IMG/VR virus record: IMGVR_UViG_3300033143_004977
Span: 1-59,757 of that record
Length of the DNA: 59,757 nt
Source: a virus
Lineage: Duplodnaviria; Caudoviricetes
Reading direction: 5' to 3' (one strand)
Every line of letters starts with the position of its first letter. The first letter of the stretch is position 1. Below, piece by piece: positions 57,081-59,757 of the stretch. Below the pieces are notes generated by a model. The model ran no database searches. It was not told the origin of the DNA and saw nothing but the letters and a program-made list of their open reading frames with translations. The position numbers were made by a program, and so were the translations under genes.

Positions 57081-58049
57081 TTATTTAGCAGTGCTACCTT
57101 GCCCTGATGATGGATCAGCCATTTTGAAAAGTTCGTCCTCAGTCGTAAATAAAGATCCTTTATTCGTTTTAGTACTATCATACACATTACTACATGATGC
57201 TAGATTTGTAGTCTGTCTTGAAAGTTCTGCATTGCTGGCAGATAATAATAAAATTTCTCCATCTGTTATTTTCTTAAGAAGTTCTTCAGCTCTTTCTATC
57301 TTTCGTTGTCCTGTTTTAGACACATCAGTATCGTCTGTAAGCCCATACTCCTTGCTTAACAAAAATCCAGCGGACAATAGAGTAACAATGTGTTGGAATA
57401 TTCTAGGAGTTGATGCTAATGGCACTTGGTAAACGATAGCAATGGTGCTTTCTGCAATTGATTCTGCTTCTGTCCGATATCGATCTATTACATCAGATCC
57501 AATATATGAATTATCTTTAAATCCTGCTTCGTCTTTTATTTTATAAATAGAAGTATAATGATTACTATCAGATGCTTTTGATGCAATTGAATCAGCTATT
57601 GCAGATTCTAAACTTGAAGTAGAATTATAGTAAGTTACTTTATAAAATGAAGTAGATGTTCCCGTCGAATCTTCAAATTCAGTTCCTTCTGGTTTATCTA
57701 CTTCAATATCAACTGGTGATCCTTCTGATATTAATTCTGTATAAGTTCCATCTTCTGTAGTGCTTCTATAAAATTTTCGTTGATTGAATCTTAATAACTG
57801 AATTGGATCATTTTTCTCGTGTAAAAATGAAGTTGCTACAGAGATAGTAATAGTCGTTGCAGTAGTAGATGATATTTTACGCACTTCTGCTGTTTCAGAA
57901 CCAATCGTCCCAAGAATAATATAATCGTCTATTGAAAAACCTTGTGAATTTTTAACAGTTAATTCAGTTTGTCCAGCTGCTTTTTCTGAGTCAAATGAAG
58001 TCTGTTCACCTAATACATTATTTTCAAGACTGGCTACTAATATATTCAT
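57081..58049 (-). CDS. Head-tail adaptor-like protein with N-terminal beta domain
   Basis: C-terminal YTS..AES..YQVPL..AEELLKKI..G pattern (Mu gp36-like). Confidence 0.55.
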   Translation of the reverse strand: MNILVASLENNVLGEQTSFDSEKAAGQTELTVKNSQGFSIDDYIILGTIGSETAEVRKISSTTATTITISVATSFLHEKNDPIQLLRFNQRKFYRSTTEDGTYTELISEGSPVDIEVDKPEGTEFEDSTGTSTSFYKVTYYNSTSSLESAIADSIASKASDSNHYTSIYKIKDEAGFKDNSYIGSDVIDRYRTEAESIAESTIAIVYQVPLASTPRIFQHIVTLLSAGFLLSKEYGLTDDTDVSKTGQRKIERAEELLKKITDGEILLLSASNAELSRQTTNLASCSNVYDSTKTNKGSLFTTEDELFKMADPSSGQGSTAK

Positions 58050-58052
58050 ATG

Positions 58053-59747
58053 TCATATATTAAATAAATATGTTTTGTTTTTAGACGTTGTTAAATATGT
58101 TTTGTTTTTAGACGTTGTTAAATATGTTCGTCTCCCGAGATGTTCTGCTTGTTGAACATTAATACTGTCAGACAGAGCAATTGCATCTGTTTTAGAAAAA
58201 CCATACTTTTTAACAAGAGTTTCAACAATACCTATATTATCTATTATATCAATTTTCACTGACCTTGTTAAATTTTCAGCTATATCAAACTCATCAGAAA
58301 TAATATTAATTTTGTCTTTTTTGTCTTCTTCTGTAATTACAAGAATATCAGATTTAGTTAATTCAACTGACCGAATAATCGATTCCTGAAGAGTAAATAA
58401 ATCTAAAATGTTTTTCGTCAAATCAAACGATGAAATATCTTCAGTCAAGTCAAAATTTTCTGTGAAATCTCTTCGACTTTCAACTATTCTTGTCATTACT
58501 TCAACTAAATCAATACTTTCTATTTGTTTAATATCAATTTCTTTAATAAGACTTTCTGAAATAGTCAAAGTATCTGACTGTCGTAATCCTGTTATTTTTT
58601 TGAACGTGTCAATTATGTTTAAAGAATCGTCTAATTTTAATTCTGATGCTTTCATTAAGACATCTGTAAAAGAAAAAGAATCTACTTTAATAAGAACATT
58701 TTCTTTTTCCAAACCGTCTGTTATGTCAACACTATCCGTAAAATCTCTTGAATAACTTATAACTAATGAATAAGTTTCAACAAGCGAAAGTATCTCTGTT
58801 TTAGTAAGAATGTTTTCTTTTAGTAACGTTTCTACTAACACAAACGCCTCTATCATATCTTTTCGGGTTTCAGTCGTTCGTGCAAAAATATCAGCTAACG
58901 ATAATGCTTCTGTTAAAGAAATATCAGATGTTCTATTTAGTTGTTCTGCTAATAAAAATGAAGTAGCAATTCTTTTCTCTGATGATAATTTAGTAGACTC
59001 AGATATACTAAGTGATTCTTGTTTTGATAAACTTGCAGATTGTTTAATAAATTCTGCAAAAGTTAAAGAAGCTATTTTGTATGTTCCAATTTCTTTAACA
59101 TGATTTAATATTCTTGGTGCTCCTTCTTGTGTCCATATTGCTCCGTATCTTACACCATTATTTCCTTCTCCAGAACTATCAGCAACTGCATCACCTGAAC
59201 CTTCATTCATAAGCCATTCTCCAACTAGACCAGCTCTGCTTATTGCTATACCTTGATAAGATTGTCTCACCTCCTCCGCGCTCAAAGCCCTGTTATAGAT
59301 GCGGACTTCGTCGATAGAGCCGTTGAAACCGTTACTGCTCTGTGAAATTAATAAATCTGCCGGTGTTATTCCGATAGTAGAAACCGAAAATGTTTTAGTT
59401 CCTACATTCTTACCATTTATATAACCAATTACATCGCTATTATCAAATGTAATTGCTATATGATTAAACTCATCTTCTATCATTAATTTGTTGGTGTCAG
59501 AAGAAGACCAAAAAGAATCCGTGTTCTCATTATTATATATCTGGAATTTTATTCGCCCACCAGTATAAACATCAAAGAAATATCCGTTTCTACTTGGCAC
59601 TGTAGAATATTTTCTAACAATATCTTCAAATTGATATGCTCCTTTCACCCACGCCTCAATTGTAATCGCATCAGTAATATCCAAACTCCCATCACTCCCG
59701 CAATCAACATAATCATTCACCCCGTCAAACTGCAAACTACCTTCCAT
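58053..59747 (-). CDS. LamG/concanavalin-like domain virion protein with repetitive stalk (start may lie outside the window)
   Basis: FDGVNDYV, ITIEAWV, FNGSIDEVRIYNRALS; periodic acidic/hydrophobic repeats. Confidence 0.8.
   Translation of the reverse strand: MEGSLQFDGVNDYVDCGSDGSLDITDAITIEAWVKGAYQFEDIVRKYSTVPSRNGYFFDVYTGGRIKFQIYNNENTDSFWSSSDTNKLMIEDEFNHIAITFDNSDVIGYINGKNVGTKTFSVSTIGITPADLLISQSSNGFNGSIDEVRIYNRALSAEEVRQSYQGIAISRAGLVGEWLMNEGSGDAVADSSGEGNNGVRYGAIWTQEGAPRILNHVKEIGTYKIASLTFAEFIKQSASLSKQESLSISESTKLSSEKRIATSFLLAEQLNRTSDISLTEALSLADIFARTTETRKDMIEAFVLVETLLKENILTKTEILSLVETYSLVISYSRDFTDSVDITDGLEKENVLIKVDSFSFTDVLMKASELKLDDSLNIIDTFKKITGLRQSDTLTISESLIKEIDIKQIESIDLVEVMTRIVESRRDFTENFDLTEDISSFDLTKNILDLFTLQESIIRSVELTKSDILVITEEDKKDKINIISDEFDIAENLTRSVKIDIIDNIGIVETLVKKYGFSKTDAIALSDSINVQQAEHLGRRTYLTTSKNKTYLTTSKNKTYLFNI
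58065..58128. repeat. 27-bp tandem repeat, about 2.4 copies (TYLTTSKNK)
   Basis: TAAATATGTTTTGTTTTTAGACGTTGT repeated. Confidence 0.85.
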
Positions 59748-59757
59748 TCTATTGATC

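Noticed and set aside
2031-59103. Short antisense ORFs in the track overlapping long genes (e.g. 2705-2956, 22270-22617, 55702-56085)
   Set aside because: Shadow frames of AT-rich coding sequence without motifs
46464-59747. Diversity-generating retroelement targeting tail proteins
   Set aside because: No reverse transcriptase and no template/variable repeat pair seen in the window
1-59757. CRISPR array accompanying the TnpB/Cas12f-like or Cas4-like genes
   Set aside because: No repeat-spacer series seen; the tandem repeats found are coding and lack spacers
1-59757. Genome-wide stop-codon reassignment
   Set aside because: Long genes are intact in code 11, and TGA and TAG end genes at expected places, often in ATGA overlaps

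Overview
AT-rich segment of a tailed, siphovirus-like dsDNA phage of a bacterial host. Sigma70-type promoters, RecA, KhpA and an amidase point to bacteria; the many SD-less starts are compatible with, but do not prove, a Patescibacteria/CPR-like host. Minus strand: terminase (408-2356) and the lysis, tail and neck modules (43088-59747); portal and capsid lie outside the window. Plus strand (2406-43042): replication and recombination genes (split SNF2 helicase, Rep, DnaC-like loader, primase-helicase, Cas4-like nuclease, SSB, PolB, intein-containing RecA, RusA), tRNA-Pro, RtcB and salvage enzymes. tRNA-Met(CAT) is on the minus strand. Most notable: (1) a phage-borne Ubl-E2-JAB-E1 ubiquitin-like operon; (2) a ten-gene sugar/nucleotide cluster around PolB suggesting an undescribed glycosylated DNA base; (3) an SNF2 gene split by a 3.75 kb self-promoted cassette carrying divergent RibA-like, CMP-kinase-like and nucleotidyltransferase genes; (4) HNH insertions that leave a dead 5' stub and supply a recoded replacement 5' end; (5) several pseudoknot or kissing-loop RNAs, one leading an Acb2/Tad1-like gene; (6) a stand-alone frameshifted TnpB under a phage promoter. 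All calls come from motif recognition by eye; no database searches were run.
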